Shown in pieces: positions 19,882 through 30,176 of a stretch of 64,000 nt of DNA. The stretch is from sequence record SRR20825006_226. One strand, written 5' to 3'. The stretch's first letter is position 1. Every line of letters starts with the position of its first letter. A program made the translations under genes and the position numbers. The notes beneath the pieces were generated by a model. The model did no database searches. It saw nothing but the letters and a program-made list of their open reading frames with translations, and was not told where the DNA came from.

Positions 19882-21135
19882 CTAAATTAATCTTTCGTTA
19901 ACCTTAAACCATAACACGCTAATTGACAAAACAGGACCTATAGCAACAATTGCTAAAACCGAGTATATCCAAATTCCTTTTACAGCAGTGGGTAAAAACC
20001 AAGTTGGTAGCACAAGAGAAATCAACACGGCTGTAATGGAATACATTATGGGCTTAATAAATTTTTCAGTATTGATTAAGTTCTTAGCAAAGATAATTGC
20101 TACTGAACTTGTATACGCTCCTAAAAAAAGCACGTGTAAATACAATATTCGAGCACCAAAATCGGTAAGTATGGCATTAAAAGGCATTATTACAGCGCTT
20201 AATTGCATCACACTTTTTAAGCCCAAGAAAGCAAGAGGCCATATCCAGAATGTGTTTTTTGCTTTATTTGATGATACTATAGAAGCAACAAATAGTATTA
20301 CTGAAATTGCAATCATAACTCCTCCTATTCTTGCAAAAAGAGACTGAAATGGATGGGAAAGCAATTGGGGCATCCCGAACGGAAATGAGACGGCTGCACC
20401 AACGGCTATCAAAAGAACCAACACTGTTGGGGGGATAATATAATCCGATTTTTTTATTCCAAGCATTTTTTCTATCAGGCCAAGTAATACCAAAAGCACC
20501 CAGCCTTCAGTAAATGTAGCCAGGAAGAAGTGTGGTAGTAATTTTTCTAAAAACTCTGTTCCAAATCCCATCATTTGGACAACACCTACTCCCCAAGCTC
20601 CAAGGGAACTCACAAATAACATTAAGAGTGCACCTTCAAACCATATGTTAGATTTGAAATTATGCTTTTTACTTCTCACCCTGATATAACTTCCTATAAA
20701 CAAGTACCAACCCACCATTACACACGCAGAAAGAATTGCAGATAGTGGCAGAATAAATCTACCAATTCTTGCCATTTTGTATCCATAAAGCATAAAAGAT
20801 GGATACGATAGCAAACTGAATACGAGAATTATCCATAATGACAGTCTCATCAACCTTGCGCTTAGAGCAACATGATAGCCAGGAACCGTCGTAGTAAAAA
20901 TAAAATAGAGTGGAAACAAGGAACCCCATCCAAAGAACATAAGATGAGAATGGGCTTGCCTAACATTTGCAAGATTCAATTCGAAAGGTAGTTGAACTGC
21001 GAACCCTAACCGATATAGAAAACCTGTTAAGCCCGCTAATACAAAACTAAATAGAATCCACCGCCAAATTGTAGAATTTTTTAGCAGCAGTTTATGAGTT
21101 TCCATGACCTTTTTTTTACTCAAAAAGTAGCTCAT
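19882..21135 (-). CDS. ~12-TM membrane protein with His motifs
   Basis: AHSHLMFFGW, HFFLATFTEGW, YLHVLFLG. Confidence 0.7.
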   Translation of the reverse strand: MSYFLSKKKVMETHKLLLKNSTIWRWILFSFVLAGLTGFLYRLGFAVQLPFELNLANVRQAHSHLMFFGWGSLFPLYFIFTTTVPGYHVALSARLMRLSLWIILVFSLLSYPSFMLYGYKMARIGRFILPLSAILSACVMVGWYLFIGSYIRVRSKKHNFKSNIWFEGALLMLFVSSLGAWGVGVVQMMGFGTEFLEKLLPHFFLATFTEGWVLLVLLGLIEKMLGIKKSDYIIPPTVLVLLIAVGAAVSFPFGMPQLLSHPFQSLFARIGGVMIAISVILFVASIVSSNKAKNTFWIWPLAFLGLKSVMQLSAVIMPFNAILTDFGARILYLHVLFLGAYTSSVAIIFAKNLINTEKFIKPIMYSITAVLISLVLPTWFLPTAVKGIWIYSVLAIVAIGPVLSISVLWFKVNERLI

Positions 21136-21167
21136 AGCATTCCTTTAACTATAAGCTACTACTAATC

Positions 21168-21866
21168 TTAATTCATTCTTTTCTCAAAAGCTAGTGCTTT
21201 CGGAAAAAGAATATTATTTTCTAAATGCACATGCTTGTGGAGATCTTTTTGGAAGCCTTCTAAATTTTGAAATAACACTTTATATGAGGCACAAGCATCT
21301 TCAGGAGGTGTAAATCCATCTGTCAGGAATTCAATATTAGCCATCAACTCTCCTGCTTTTTCATGCTCTTCTTCTAGTACTTCTAAAAGAGCATCTTTAA
21401 CAGTTCCAGCCTTCTTCTCCTGAACCAATTTTTTAATTTGAGGAAATAAGTCAGCCTCCTCCTTCTCAAGGTGTTCGATGAGTTCGTTGCTAAGAACTTT
21501 AACGTTCTTTAAAACCTCCAATAACTCGGGATGATGACCGCCATGAACACGAGCTACTTTCTCAGCATAAAACTCTAGTTCCGGTAACATTTTACGTACA
21601 TAGTTATGATGATTTTGCACGATATAATCAGCTAAGAAATCTAAACTCCAATCGCTGTAATTGTTTTGTTCAGCACCTGAATTTTTTAATCCATCTAACT
21701 CTTCAAGTACGGCGTCTAATTTAATGTTCTTGCTTATACACACATCGTTGAGCGATTTTTTACCACCACAGCAAAAATCTACGCCATGTGCTCTAAACAC
21801 TTGGGCTGCTCGGTAATCATCGGCTACTATTTGTCCTACGGGTTGTTGAGATATATCATTTATCAT
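21168..21866 (-). CDS. ric: Iron-sulfur cluster repair di-iron protein (Ric/YtfE/ScdA)
   Basis: DFCCGG, HHNYVR, HLEKEE, EHEKAG, HKHVHLENNILFP. Confidence 0.93.
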   Translation of the reverse strand: MINDISQQPVGQIVADDYRAAQVFRAHGVDFCCGGKKSLNDVCISKNIKLDAVLEELDGLKNSGAEQNNYSDWSLDFLADYIVQNHHNYVRKMLPELEFYAEKVARVHGGHHPELLEVLKNVKVLSNELIEHLEKEEADLFPQIKKLVQEKKAGTVKDALLEVLEEEHEKAGELMANIEFLTDGFTPPEDACASYKVLFQNLEGFQKDLHKHVHLENNILFPKALAFEKRMN

Positions 21867-21975
21867 TGCTTTGTATTTTAATTTAAAGTGGTTTTATGCC
21901 CACCAATGTTAATATTTTGATTCTGTACAAATTGATAACACTCTAATTGACAAGTTGAAGTATTAAATCAGGTTT

Positions 21976-21993
21976 TAAGAGTATTTTATCTTA
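21976..21993. promoter_or_regulatory. Candidate Rrf2 operator upstream of ric
   Basis: TAAGAGTATTTTATCTTA. Confidence 0.65.
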
Positions 21994-22033
21994 TTTATGT
22001 AAATTATTTATGAATTAAACTTCCTTATTGAAT

Positions 22034-22486
22034 TTAATTCCAGCTAAAAGCGCCGTTGGCAGTTATTCTAAAGTGATTTTCTCTACCCTCTACTCCTAGT
22101 TTGTCTAAAGTAGTACGCTCTAACATTGATTGGATAGACGCTCGAGTTTCTATCCAACTTTCGTGTAAAGGACAAGGTTTCTCGGAACCACAACCAGGCA
22201 ACCCTAGTGCACATTGGGTAAATAATTCTGGGCCGTCGATAGCAACAACAAAGTCCAACAAAGTTGCATCTCTTCCTTTTTGGGATAATCGAACTCCACC
22301 GTTTGGCCCTTTGTAAGATTCCATAAAAGCTTCTGCTGTTAGCTGCTGGAGTATTTTGGTTAAGAAGTGAAACGAGATTTCTAATTTATCGCTCATTTCT
22401 TTTATAGAAACGAATTCCCCTTCTTTTCGGGAAGCGAGGTACAAAGAAGCTCGCAAACCATACACACAGGACTTAGATAACAACAT
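22034..22486 (-). CDS. Rrf2-family transcriptional regulator with three C-terminal Cys
   Basis: YGLRA, FLTKILQQL, SYKGPNGG, CALGLPGC...CPLH. Confidence 0.92.
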   Translation of the reverse strand: MLLSKSCVYGLRASLYLASRKEGEFVSIKEMSDKLEISFHFLTKILQQLTAEAFMESYKGPNGGVRLSQKGRDATLLDFVVAIDGPELFTQCALGLPGCGSEKPCPLHESWIETRASIQSMLERTTLDKLGVEGRENHFRITANGAFSWN

Positions 22487-22496
22487 AGAATCTATT

Positions 22497-22514
22497 TAAG
22501 AGTATTTTGTCTTT
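22497..22514. promoter_or_regulatory. Candidate Rrf2 autoregulatory operator
   Basis: TAAGAGTATTTTGTCTTT, 10 nt upstream of the rrf2 start codon. Confidence 0.65.
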
Positions 22515-22577
22515 AATTTAACAATAATACTTCTCGATTTGAAATCTTTTTCAAAATATTCTGGACGAAACCAGATT

Positions 22578-23144
22578 TCAACCAAAAATCTTCAGAAGAG
22601 CAAAAATGAGTACACCTGTTACCGAAACATATAACCAAATAGGTAAGGTGAATTTGGATACTTTTCTATGAGTTTTAAACTTCCCCGAAAATGCAAAGAA
22701 AAAGCTACTCAGCACTAGAGGGACCACAAATGCAGATAAAACAATGTGTGTTATTAGAATGAAAAAATAGATAGGGCGAATAAAACCTTCTCCCATAAAC
22801 TTGGTGTCGCCAATAAAATGGTGGTACACAATATAGCTTACCAAGAAAAGTGCGGATGTAATGAAAGCACTTATCATAAACTTCATGTGTCTAGCAAAAT
22901 TTCGTTGCTTAATTTCTCTCAATCCTAGCACTAAAAATATTGTACTGAGTGAATTAAAAGCGGCATTAAAAGCTGGTAGTTTTGCCACCCATGGGTAATT
23001 GTGGTCTGAGCCCTCATTAAAGTAGATAAGCCAAACTAGGAAAGATAGGGCCACTACACTCACTCCAATAATCACAGCCAGTGCTTTTTTTGCACTAACA
23101 TTATCAAACACTATTATACTTTGTGGTACTTTTTGATCTTCCAT
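22578..23144 (-). CDS. DUF420 family membrane protein (CtaM-like oxidase accessory factor)
   Basis: LPAFNA, HMKFM, FLVSY..YH, YFFILITHI, HRK, WLYVSVTG; divergent from the oxidase operon. Confidence 0.85.
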   Translation of the reverse strand: MEDQKVPQSIIVFDNVSAKKALAVIIGVSVVALSFLVWLIYFNEGSDHNYPWVAKLPAFNAAFNSLSTIFLVLGLREIKQRNFARHMKFMISAFITSALFLVSYIVYHHFIGDTKFMGEGFIRPIYFFILITHIVLSAFVVPLVLSSFFFAFSGKFKTHRKVSKFTLPIWLYVSVTGVLIFALLKIFG

Positions 23145-23432
23145 TTACGCGGGTTTTGAGAATTTTTTTAAGGGCTTAGCCAATTTAATATATCTCTAAT
23201 CTTAAATCTTCTTTTTTAAACTCATTTACAAGAAATTTTATCAAATGTGTTTTATCTTTGCGACACTTCGGCACAAAATTATAGCCAAAGTGGGGTTAGT
23301 CTATTTAGAATCTGTTTAAATAAGGAAAGCGTACATCTCTTCCTTCAAATAGACAGAAATTTTGGGTAGATTTGCCAAGTCTTAAAACGGGCGTATCAAA
23401 CTCGATTTTGTAAACTTAAAAAAGCAATCTTT

Positions 23433-24077
23433 ATGGCGCAGATTTTCCCAAAGTGGACAAATCAAGTTCCTCGCAAAATACTTATCGGATTAATTGTAGT
23501 AGTAAATGTTGTTATCATTTCGATCTGGTACTTTTTTTCACCACAATACACCGATGTTGGATATGCTCCAACACAACCTGTTCCCTACAGCCACAAGTTG
23601 CATGTAGGCCAACTTGGTCTCGATTGCCAGTACTGTCATACTAATGTGTTCGAATCGAAGCAGGCTAACGTGCCAGCTACTCAAACTTGTATGAACTGCC
23701 ATAGCCAAATTAAAACAGATAGCGACAAGCTTAAGCCAATTCGCGAAAGTTGGGACAGTGGACAACCAGTTGAATGGGTCCGTGTTCACAACTTAGCTGA
23801 TTACGCTTACTTCAATCATGCCGCACACGTAAATGTGGGCGTTGGTTGCGAAAGTTGCCACGGACGTGTAGACAAAATGGAAATTGTATTCCAAGCTGAG
23901 CCTCTTAACATGGGATGGTGTTTAGATTGCCATCGCGAGCCTGAGAAATTTTTACGCCCTGTAGAAGAAGTTACAACTATGGGCTATAAAGCAGAAAACC
24001 AAATGGAATTAGGAGCGGAACTCGTTAAAAAGAATAACGTGAGCCCACCTCAATATTGCCAAGGCTGCCACTACTAA
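23433..24077 (+). CDS. actA: Alternative complex III pentaheme cytochrome c subunit
   Basis: N-terminal TM; five CxxCH (CQYCH, CMNCH, CESCH, CLDCH, CQGCH); QPVPYSH. Confidence 0.92.
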   Translation: MAQIFPKWTNQVPRKILIGLIVVVNVVIISIWYFFSPQYTDVGYAPTQPVPYSHKLHVGQLGLDCQYCHTNVFESKQANVPATQTCMNCHSQIKTDSDKLKPIRESWDSGQPVEWVRVHNLADYAYFNHAAHVNVGVGCESCHGRVDKMEIVFQAEPLNMGWCLDCHREPEKFLRPVEEVTTMGYKAENQMELGAELVKKNNVSPPQYCQGCHY

Positions 24078-24110
24078 TCACCACGGATTTTTGAACATAT
24101 ACTTTATCAA

Positions 24111-27100
24111 ATGAGCGAAGTTAAACAAAATACTTACTGGAAAAGCCTGAACCAATTGGCTAATAACCAGGAATACCAAAAATTTGTTGAACGAGAATTC
24201 CCAGAGAATGCAACTGAGTTAACCGATGGTTTCTCGCGAAGAAGTTTCCTAGCTATAATGGGCTCTGCCGTGTTATTAGCTAGTTGTGATTTCGCCCGCC
24301 GTCCAATTCAGAAAATTCTTCCTTATTCTAAACAACCTGAAGATATTATCCCAGGCATTCCATTGCATTATGCATCGGCAATGCCATTCCTTGGTAGCTT
24401 AACTGGTTTAGTAGTTGAGAACCACGAAGGTCGCCCAACTAAAGTAGAGGGTAATGAGTTACATCCAGGAAGCCGTGGCGCAACAAGTGCGTACAATCAA
24501 GCTTCTGTTTTGGGAATGTACGACCCTGATCGTTCTAGAAAAGTTTTGAAAGATGGAAGCAATTCCTCTGTTGAAGATTTTGTGAGTTTTGCTAAAAGCC
24601 ATTTTGCTGATACCAACAAGCGTATTGCTTTTATTTCTGAAGCCAATTCTTCTCCTACCTTTAATGCTCTAAAAAAGACTGCTCTAAAAAAATTCTCTAA
24701 AGCAACTTGGACCACCTACGAAGTTTTTGGTGAAGAAAATGCACTTGAAGGAACAAACATTGCTTTTGGACAACGTTTAAGAGCTTACAACCAATTTGAT
24801 AAAGCCGATGTCATCGTTTCTTTAAACGATGATTTCATGGCCGCTACTCATCCTAATAGTGTTGAAAATGCTAAAATGGTTAGCTCTCGCCGTAAAGTTA
24901 CGGACACGAACGGCACCATGTCTCGAATTTATTCAGTTGAAGATTCTTTTACCTTAACTGGTTCACTTGCTGATAACCGCTTAAGGTTAAAAGCTAGTGA
25001 AGTTGCTCCGTTTACTTTCGCTCTTGCATCAGCTTTAAGCAAAAAAGTAAATGGCTTAGACGCTTTTAAAAATGTTAGCAATCAATTCAGTAATCATAAA
25101 TGGATTACTGCTTTAGTTGATGAGTTAACTAATAATACGGGTAAAAGTGTTCTAACAACTGGCTTACAGAATTCAGCCGAAGAACATGCAGCAGTTGCCG
25201 CTATAAATTATGCTTTAGGCAACGCTAACAAAACTGTTTCATACCTTCAAGCACCTCACCTTTCTGACAAAGGCGTTACACTATCTTCAGTAGTAGAAGA
25301 TATGAAAGCAGGTTCAGTTGATACTGTTGTTCTTGTTGGCACAAACCCGAGCTATACAGCTCAGAATTTAGATTTCACAGCAGCACTTAAAAAAGTTGCT
25401 AATGTAATTCATCTTTCAGATTACATTGATGAGACTTCAAAAAATGCTTCATGGCATGTAAACAGAGCTCATTACTTAGAAAGTTGGGGTGACGGTTACT
25501 CATTTAATGGTACAAGTTCTGTTATTCAGCCTCAAATCCAACCTCTTTATGATGGTTTGAGCGAAATCGAATTGCTGAACATCGTTACTAATGGTTCATT
25601 AGAATCTGCTTTCGATTTGGTTCAAAACACTTTTAAATCTTCCCATGGTGCAACTTTTACTGCAAAGTGGAAGAAAGTTTTACACGATGGTGTAGACACT
25701 AAAGAAGGTTTCAAAACATCTTCTCCAAGATTGAACTCTGGATTTAGCAATGTAATTGCCTCAGCGTTTAATAAGAAAAGCAGTAACGGACTTGAAGTTG
25801 TTATTCGTCCTGATGCCTCAGTTTTTGATGGCCGTTTTGCGAATATTGCTTGGCTACAAGAGCTTCCAAACCCAATGACGAAAATCACTTGGGATAATGT
25901 AGCTCTGATGAGTCCCAAGACAGCTGAAGAGCTAGACGTTAAAAACGAAGATGTAGTAGAAGTGACTTCTAATGGTAAAACCATCAAGATTGCAGCTTGG
26001 ATTCAACCAGGTCATGTTGATGGTAGTATTACTCTTTCAGTTGGTTACGGACGTGATGGTATTGGCCGAGTAGCTAACCGCTATATGGATTATACAACTG
26101 GTGGCGTTGATACTTATCCACTTATGGGACAAACACTTTTTGCCGATGGTAAAGTTTCCAAAACTGGAGATTCTTACGAAATTGCATGTGTTCAAGATCA
26201 TCATAGTTTAGAAGATCGTGACATGTTCCGCATGGCCACGCTCGAAGAATATAAAAAGAACCCAGATTTCGCTTCATTCCTTTCTGTGCATACTTATGCA
26301 GTACCGGGTATGAAAGAAGCGGCTGAAAAAGGTGAAAACGCTCCTATTTCTTTATTTAATGAGCAAACCTTTCCAGATCATGAACCACAATGGGGAATGG
26401 CTATTGACCTGAACTCTTGTTTTGGTTGCGGAGTTTGTGTTATTGCTTGTCAATCTGAGAATAATATTCCTACGATTGGTAAGAAAGAAGTACTTAGAGG
26501 TCGCGAAATGCATTGGATTCGCAATGACCGTTATTATGTTGGTGATGATGCTAGCTCTCCACAAGCAGTTCACCAGCCAGTGCCTTGTATGCATTGTGAG
26601 TTGGCGCCTTGTGAGCAGGTTTGTCCTGTAGCGGCAACTACGCATAGTGAAGATGGCATGAACCAGATGACTTATAACCGTTGTATCGGTACTCGTTATT
26701 GTGCTAACAACTGCCCTTACAAAGTGCGTAGATTTAATTTCTTTAATTATTCTAAAGAATTTTTAGCTACTGGTACTGAAACTGATATTATTTCCATGGC
26801 GATGAACCCAGAGGTTACTGTTCGTTTCCGTGGAGTTATGGAAAAATGTACCTACTGTGTACAGCGTGTTAACCGCGCAAAAATTGATGCCAAAATCGAA
26901 ACTGGTTCTCCAAAACCAGCCGATGGAACAGTTAAAACAGCATGTCAACAAGCTTGCCCTGCTGATGCCATTTACTTCGGTGATTTAACCGACGAAAATA
27001 GCACTGTAACTAAGATGAAGCGTAATGAGCGTAATTATTTAATGCTTGAAGAATTAAATGCACGTCCTCGTACTTCTTATATGGCGAAATTAAGAAACCC

Positions 27101-27119
27101 AAATCCAGCTTTGGCTTAA
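24111..27119 (+). CDS. actB: Alternative complex III subunit B (molybdopterin-oxidoreductase-like + Fe-S domain)
   Basis: YWKSL, EREF, Tat SRRSFL; CFGCGVC..AC, CMHCELAPC, CIGTRYCANNCP, CTYC..CQQACP. Confidence 0.93.
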   Translation: MSEVKQNTYWKSLNQLANNQEYQKFVEREFPENATELTDGFSRRSFLAIMGSAVLLASCDFARRPIQKILPYSKQPEDIIPGIPLHYASAMPFLGSLTGLVVENHEGRPTKVEGNELHPGSRGATSAYNQASVLGMYDPDRSRKVLKDGSNSSVEDFVSFAKSHFADTNKRIAFISEANSSPTFNALKKTALKKFSKATWTTYEVFGEENALEGTNIAFGQRLRAYNQFDKADVIVSLNDDFMAATHPNSVENAKMVSSRRKVTDTNGTMSRIYSVEDSFTLTGSLADNRLRLKASEVAPFTFALASALSKKVNGLDAFKNVSNQFSNHKWITALVDELTNNTGKSVLTTGLQNSAEEHAAVAAINYALGNANKTVSYLQAPHLSDKGVTLSSVVEDMKAGSVDTVVLVGTNPSYTAQNLDFTAALKKVANVIHLSDYIDETSKNASWHVNRAHYLESWGDGYSFNGTSSVIQPQIQPLYDGLSEIELLNIVTNGSLESAFDLVQNTFKSSHGATFTAKWKKVLHDGVDTKEGFKTSSPRLNSGFSNVIASAFNKKSSNGLEVVIRPDASVFDGRFANIAWLQELPNPMTKITWDNVALMSPKTAEELDVKNEDVVEVTSNGKTIKIAAWIQPGHVDGSITLSVGYGRDGIGRVANRYMDYTTGGVDTYPLMGQTLFADGKVSKTGDSYEIACVQDHHSLEDRDMFRMATLEEYKKNPDFASFLSVHTYAVPGMKEAAEKGENAPISLFNEQTFPDHEPQWGMAIDLNSCFGCGVCVIACQSENNIPTIGKKEVLRGREMHWIRNDRYYVGDDASSPQAVHQPVPCMHCELAPCEQVCPVAATTHSEDGMNQMTYNRCIGTRYCANNCPYKVRRFNFFNYSKEFLATGTETDIISMAMNPEVTVRFRGVMEKCTYCVQRVNRAKIDAKIETGSPKPADGTVKTACQQACPADAIYFGDLTDENSTVTKMKRNERNYLMLEELNARPRTSYMAKLRNPNPALA

Positions 27120-27145
27120 GATATTAATCAGGAATATATCCACAC

Positions 27146-28576
27146 ATGAGTAAATACGAATACATACCTGAACCCGCTCTCGTAAAAGGGGATCACGACT
27201 TCGCAAGTCTTACGAGACTGGTTACTGATATTAACTTAAGACCTACTCCAAAAGCTTGGTATTTAGCAATGATGGCTGCCAATGCACTACTTATGGTACT
27301 GCTTGGCTCAATCGGCTACTTAATTTGGGAAGGAATTGGAATTTGGGGCCTAAACAACCCTGTTGGCTGGGGTTGGGCGATCATCAACTTTGTTTGGTGG
27401 GTTGGTATTGGCCACGCTGGAACGTTAATTTCTGCTGTTCTCTTCTTATTTAGACAAGATTGGCGTACCGCAATTAACCGTTTTGCTGAAGCAATGACGA
27501 TTTTTGCAGTAATGTGTGCGTTAATCTTTCCTGGTATTCACGTTGGTAGAATTTGGGTTATTTATTGGGTGTTTCCAATACCTAACCAAATGAGCATGTG
27601 GCCAAACTTTAACTCTCCTCTTCTTTGGGATGTGTTCGCTGTTTCCACTTATTTCACTGTTTCCTTCCTATTCTGGTATGTAGGGCTTGTACCTGATTTG
27701 GCAACCATTAGAGACCGTGCCGTAGATAAAGTTAGAAAAGTAGCTTATGGCATTTTTTCTTTAGGTTGGACTGGTTCAAACCGCCACTGGTGGAACTATG
27801 AAAAATCTTACATGATTTTAGCTGGTTTAGCCACTCCTTTGGTACTTTCAGTACACACTATTGTATCTTTTGACTTTGCGGTATCACTTATCCCTGGTTG
27901 GCATACAACTATCTTCCCTCCATATTTTGTGGCTGGTGCAATCTTCTCTGGTTTTGCGATGGTATTAACCCTGATGATCGTAACGCGTAAAATCTTTGGT
28001 ATGAAAGACATCATGACCGACGATCATATGGAGAAAATGAACATCATTATTCTTGTAACTGGCTCGATGGTTGGTTTTGCATATCTGATGGAATTCTTTA
28101 TCGCTTGGTATAGTGGTGTAGAATATGAAAAAGCAATTTTCGTATTACGAGCAACAGGACCTTATGCATGGGCATACTGGACAATGATGATTTGTAATGT
28201 ATTCTCTCCCCAGTTTTTCTGGTCAAAAAAATTAAGAAGAAGCGTAGGCTTCACATTTTTCATTTCAATAGTAGTAAATATCGGCATGTGGTTTGAACGT
28301 TTTGTAATCACCGTAACTTCGTTAGCAAACGATTACCTCCCTTCTTCTTGGGATTATTATTCTCCAACTCTTTGGGACATCTTAACTTATGTAGGAACGT
28401 TTGGATTGTTCTTTACTATGTTCCTTCTATTCCTTCGTTTCCTTCCGATGGTTGCTCTTGCAGAGATTAAAGCAATACTTCCGCAAGCAGATCCTCATAA
28501 TTATGACGATGTGACAAAAGAATATCATGCTCCGAAGGTTGCTGTTCCTAAACCTCAATTAGCTAAAAAGGTTTAA
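27146..28576 (+). CDS. actC: Alternative complex III NrfD-family quinol-binding subunit
   Basis: [48 protein letters not shown]. Confidence 0.94.
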   Translation: MSKYEYIPEPALVKGDHDFASLTRLVTDINLRPTPKAWYLAMMAANALLMVLLGSIGYLIWEGIGIWGLNNPVGWGWAIINFVWWVGIGHAGTLISAVLFLFRQDWRTAINRFAEAMTIFAVMCALIFPGIHVGRIWVIYWVFPIPNQMSMWPNFNSPLLWDVFAVSTYFTVSFLFWYVGLVPDLATIRDRAVDKVRKVAYGIFSLGWTGSNRHWWNYEKSYMILAGLATPLVLSVHTIVSFDFAVSLIPGWHTTIFPPYFVAGAIFSGFAMVLTLMIVTRKIFGMKDIMTDDHMEKMNIIILVTGSMVGFAYLMEFFIAWYSGVEYEKAIFVLRATGPYAWAYWTMMICNVFSPQFFWSKKLRRSVGFTFFISIVVNIGMWFERFVITVTSLANDYLPSSWDYYSPTLWDILTYVGTFGLFFTMFLLFLRFLPMVALAEIKAILPQADPHNYDDVTKEYHAPKVAVPKPQLAKKV

Positions 28577-28582
28577 ATAATT

Positions 28583-29143
28583 ATGAGTTCTAGCAAACAA
28601 CAAACTGAAGAAGCTCCTAAGTTAACTGGTATTCTTGCTGAGTTCCGCAATCCGCGTGAACTTACAGATGCTGCAAGTTTAGTAGTAGGTGCCGGATATA
28701 CTGATTTCGATACTTTTAGCCCATTCCCAATTCATGGGATGGATAAAGCTATGAAGCTTAAGAAGTCCAAACTTGGCTCGATTGTAATAACCTGTGGCTT
28801 AGTAGGCTTTACAGGTGCATTAAGTATGATGTATTTCATGTCTGTAGTGGACTATCCGCTTAATATTAGCGGTAAGCCATCTTTAAATGCACCAGCTTGG
28901 ATTCCGGTTCTGTTTGAACTTACCGTTTTACTGTCTGCTTTTGGAGCAGTATTTGGAATGTTCATTCTAAACGGTTTACCAAAGCTACACAATCCGCTAT
29001 TTAATGTAGAACGATTTAAAAAAGCTACAGATGATGGCTTTTTTGCTTACATAGAATCTAAAGATTCTTTATTCGAATCTGATAAAGTTCGCCAACTTTT
29101 TGAAGAAGCTGGTGCTTCTCATATCGAGGAAGTATATGACTAA
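28583..29143 (+). CDS. actD: Alternative complex III subunit D (DUF3341)
   Basis: SPFPIHG, YPLNISGKP, FELTVL. Confidence 0.9.
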   Translation: MSSSKQQTEEAPKLTGILAEFRNPRELTDAASLVVGAGYTDFDTFSPFPIHGMDKAMKLKKSKLGSIVITCGLVGFTGALSMMYFMSVVDYPLNISGKPSLNAPAWIPVLFELTVLLSAFGAVFGMFILNGLPKLHNPLFNVERFKKATDDGFFAYIESKDSLFESDKVRQLFEEAGASHIEEVYD

Positions 29144-30152
29144 CAATATTGATAAACGTCCTTTAATGACTACAAAAGGTATTCTAAAACTAGCCTGCGT
29201 ATGCGGAGTTGGTCTTATGCTAACTGCATGCCAAGGTAAACTATCAGAAAAATCTCCTGTTCATCCAAACATGAACATGGATCAACAAGATCGTAAAGAA
29301 GCTCAGGAAGAGAATAATTTTTTCGAAGATGGGCGATCTATGCGTCAACCAGTTGAGGGAACAGTAGCCCGTGGTCTTCTTAAAGAAGACACTGAATTCT
29401 ACGCAGGTGTTGACCAAAAAGGAAACTGGATTGCAGCTTCCCCAGTAGCTATCAGCAAGTCTTTCTTATACAGAGGGAAAGAAAGATACGAAGTGTTTTG
29501 TACTCCTTGCCACGGTATCACTGGAGATGGAAAAGGAATTATAATGACTGGAGGCTACGGATATGTTCCTGCCCCAACTTATCATCAAGATCGTTTACGA
29601 GAAGCTACTGATGGCGAATTGTATTCAGCTATTTATAACGGTGTACGAACTATGCCTTCTTATGCTAGCCAAATTACAGTTAAAGATCGCTGGGCAATAG
29701 TTGCTTACATTCGTGCTCTTCAAGAAAGCCAAAATGTAAGTGAGGATGAGATTAAAAAATATGACGTTGATTTAGCTTCTCTTAAAAGTGAATTCGATGC
29801 CAAACAAGAAAAAGCAGCTAAGCTAGCTGAATCTCGTAAACCTAAAGGTGCTGCTGAGGTTTCTGCAGAACTAGGTGAAAAAGTATTCCAACAGAATGGC
29901 TGTCAAGCATGTCATTCTACCGACGGAACAACAATTATTGGCCCTAGTTTAAAAGGAGTGTTTGGACACGATGTTGAACTTGAAGGCGGAACTACTGTTA
30001 CAGCCGACGAGGATTATATTGCAGAGTCTATAGCAAACCCAACTGCAAAAATCGTAAAGGGGTTCCCTCCTGTAATGGCACCTTACGATTACTTGCCAGA
30101 AAACGAGATCAAGTCATTGATCGAATACCTCAAAACGCTGAGCGATAACTAA
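29136..30152 (+). CDS. actE: Alternative complex III subunit E lipoprotein with extra C-terminal cytochrome c domain
   Basis: Lipobox LTAC; NMDQQ, PVEGTVARG, CTPCH, DRWAIVAYIRALQ; second heme CQACH; start 29136 or 29166. Confidence 0.85.
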   Translation: MTNNIDKRPLMTTKGILKLACVCGVGLMLTACQGKLSEKSPVHPNMNMDQQDRKEAQEENNFFEDGRSMRQPVEGTVARGLLKEDTEFYAGVDQKGNWIAASPVAISKSFLYRGKERYEVFCTPCHGITGDGKGIIMTGGYGYVPAPTYHQDRLREATDGELYSAIYNGVRTMPSYASQITVKDRWAIVAYIRALQESQNVSEDEIKKYDVDLASLKSEFDAKQEKAAKLAESRKPKGAAEVSAELGEKVFQQNGCQACHSTDGTTIIGPSLKGVFGHDVELEGGTTVTADEDYIAESIANPTAKIVKGFPPVMAPYDYLPENEIKSLIEYLKTLSDN

Positions 30153-30176
30153 GAAATTGCTTAATACCATTTTATA

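Noticed and set aside
19882-21135. norB/qNor NO reductase
   Set aside because: Lacks the HLWVE and paired HH metal-ligand motifs
21917-21930. FNR/DNR box TTGATtctgTACAA upstream of ric
   Set aside because: Two mismatches in AT-rich DNA and no second supporting site
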